A stretch of DNA of 64,000 bases from Callorhinchus milii (lineage: Eukaryota): NCBI RefSeq assembly GCF_018977255.1, contig NW_024704763.1:5642001-5706000 (forward strand). The letters are read 5' to 3'. Under the pieces are notes generated by a model, which ran no database searches, was not told the DNA's origin, and was given only the letters and a program-made list of their open reading frames with translations. Below, in pieces: positions 62,461 through 64,000 of this stretch. The stretch's first letter is position 1. Every line of letters starts with the position of its first letter. A program made the position numbers and the translations under genes.

Positions 62461-62844
62461 GCTGGTGCTGGGGCTGGGTGGGTGGGGGATGGACTTGGCT
62501 GGGATGGGGGCTGGTGGGCTGGGGTGGGGGCTGGGCTGAGGGCTGGGTGTTGGGGGCTGGGCTGGCTGGGGGCTGGGGGCTAGGGGGCTGGGGACTGGGT
62601 TGAGGGCTGGGCTGGCTGGGGCTGGGGGGCTAGGGGGCTGGGGTGGGGCTGGGGCTGGGCTGGTGGGCTAGGGGGCTAGGGGGCTGGGGTGGGGCTGGTG
62701 TGCTGGGGCTGGGGGCTAGGGGGCTGGGGGGCTAGGGGGCTGGGGGCTGGGCTAGGGGGCTGGGCTGGTGGGCTGGGGGCTAGGGGGCTGGGGGCTGGGC
62801 TGGGGGCTAGGGGGCTGGGGTGGGGGGCTGGGGCTGGGGGCTGG
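62461..62844 (+). repeat. G-rich tandem repeat (GGGCT / GGGGGCT / GGGGCTA variants)
   Basis: About 380 bp of G3-G6 runs separated by CT or CTA linkers. Confidence 0.92.
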
Positions 62845-62869
62845 TCCTCTCTAGTGTGTGTGTGTGTGT

Positions 62870-63286
62870 GTTTGAGCCGGTTGTTCTGTGCTCACAGCCC
62901 CCGCCAGAGGGCATCCACCACACCTGAGCCACCCCCCCCCCACTCCCCACCCCCTCCCAAAAAAAAACCCCAGGGCGAAATCCCTCTCTGGTTGCAAAAT
63001 CGCGTGGCTGCAAAGAGAGAGAGAGAGAGAGAAAAGGAGAAGGAAGGAAGGAAAAGGGGAAGAAAAAAAAACCCAAGGAAGGATCGAGCCGAGGAGGGAA
63101 AGGAGACCCTCGGCTCTGCCCCTCTGCCTGTTGCACCGCATGGAGCTGCGGATCCGCTGCGAGAAGCACATCAGGTCAACTCCCCAAAGCGATCCGCAAA
63201 TCGCTTGGGACAGAAGAGCCGAGGAGTCGGGGCTCTCAGTTGGATGCAGCTGAAAGGGCAGGAGAAAGGCATTCAGTCAGGTAGGT
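62870..63286 (+). promoter_or_regulatory. CpG-rich promoter and putative non-coding first exon of the downstream gene; donor CAG/GTAGGT at 63280/63281
   Basis: High CpG density, (GT)n and (GA)n tracts, strong donor site. Identity as THSD4 rests on mammalian synteny only. Confidence 0.5.
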
Positions 63287-63305
63287 CCCGTACCTCTGGG
63301 CGGGG

Positions 63306-63344
63306 AGGACAGGGCAGGACAGGGCAGGACAGGGCAGGACAGGG
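63306..63344 (+). repeat. 10-bp tandem repeat (GGACAGGGCA) x about 3.5
   Basis: Directly visible just after the putative donor. Confidence 0.85.
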
Positions 63345-63769
63345 GCTGAAAAGTCTGCAAGAATTTACTGTGGGTTAGTTGAAGAGTTTAGACGAGCACT
63401 ACAAGCACTGCTTCCCATCCTGGTGTCTCCAGTCTGTAAATGCTGCTGTTCCTCTCTGTCTGTCTGTCTCTCTCTCTGACACATGTCACATCTCTTGCCC
63501 CTCTGCCTGTCACTTATCTGTGTGTGTGTGTTGGGTGTTTCAGGACAGAGAGACACACACACACACACAGAGAGAGATACAGAGAGAGCTGGCTCTGGTA
63601 CCCAGCTCCAAGGCACGCAGTACCCAGGCTGGTGCGCTGCTGATTTCTTCTCTCTTGTCATCTCAAGGCTTCTTCATCTCTGTTGTACACGTTGGCTTTC
63701 TTTTTTTTTTGCAAAAAAAAGAAACACGACTAAGAGGTTGTACAGATCTGTATCCTGTCCGTGTACAGG

Positions 63770-63886
63770 TTTCACCCACAAGCTATGCAGTCAGTTCACT
63801 TTGCGGTTTGTTTCTGTGAAGTGCTTTGAGACGTCTCAACGATGTGATGCATCAAATGCAAGGATTGTTGTTATTATAATTATTAT
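63770..63886 (+). mobile_element. SINE tail fragment
   Basis: cagtcagttcacttt...ctgtgaagtgctttgagacgtctc...aaatgcaaggatt. Confidence 0.8.
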
Positions 63887-64000
63887 ACAATCACCTGTGG
63901 AGGATTGGAGGTGTTGTAATCGGAGGTGGTTAATGTGTAAAGGGGCCACGCTTTAGATAATACTCTTTTGCATTTGTTTGCAAACACACCTTACACCAAG

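Noticed and set aside
62461-62844. Immunoglobulin class-switch region
   Set aside because: No Ig exons nearby, AGCT hotspots absent, tract far shorter than real switch regions
62689-63378. 229-aa Gly-rich ORF
   Set aside because: Product of the G-rich tandem repeat and microsatellites, with a non-ATG start and no recognisable domain

Overview
Vertebrate genomic DNA. The repeat content (L2 and CR1 LINEs, Deu-domain and tRNA-derived SINEs, a Penelope-type palindrome) points to a cartilaginous fish; this is an inference. Nearly the whole window is one plus-strand gene, LRRC49. I traced 16 core coding exons by hand from ATG 91 to TGA 56832, all with GT-AG boundaries and consistent phases, giving 2082 nt or 693 aa. 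Two further frame-preserving candidate exons (4890-5054, 38370-38453) have no counterpart in the human protein as I recall it. The introns are full of retroelement fragments, several in inverted pairs. The last ~1.5 kb holds a G-rich repeat and a CpG-rich putative first exon of the next gene (THSD4 by mammalian synteny, not verifiable here). Most ORFs in the supplied track are spurious or repeat-derived. I found no convincing new multi-gene system. The best leads are a palindromic element carrying a minimal hammerhead-ribozyme-like motif, an unexplained 42-bp inverted repeat, the two extra exons, and inverted SINEs with an identical core flanking exons 2-5. Repeat boundaries are approximate.
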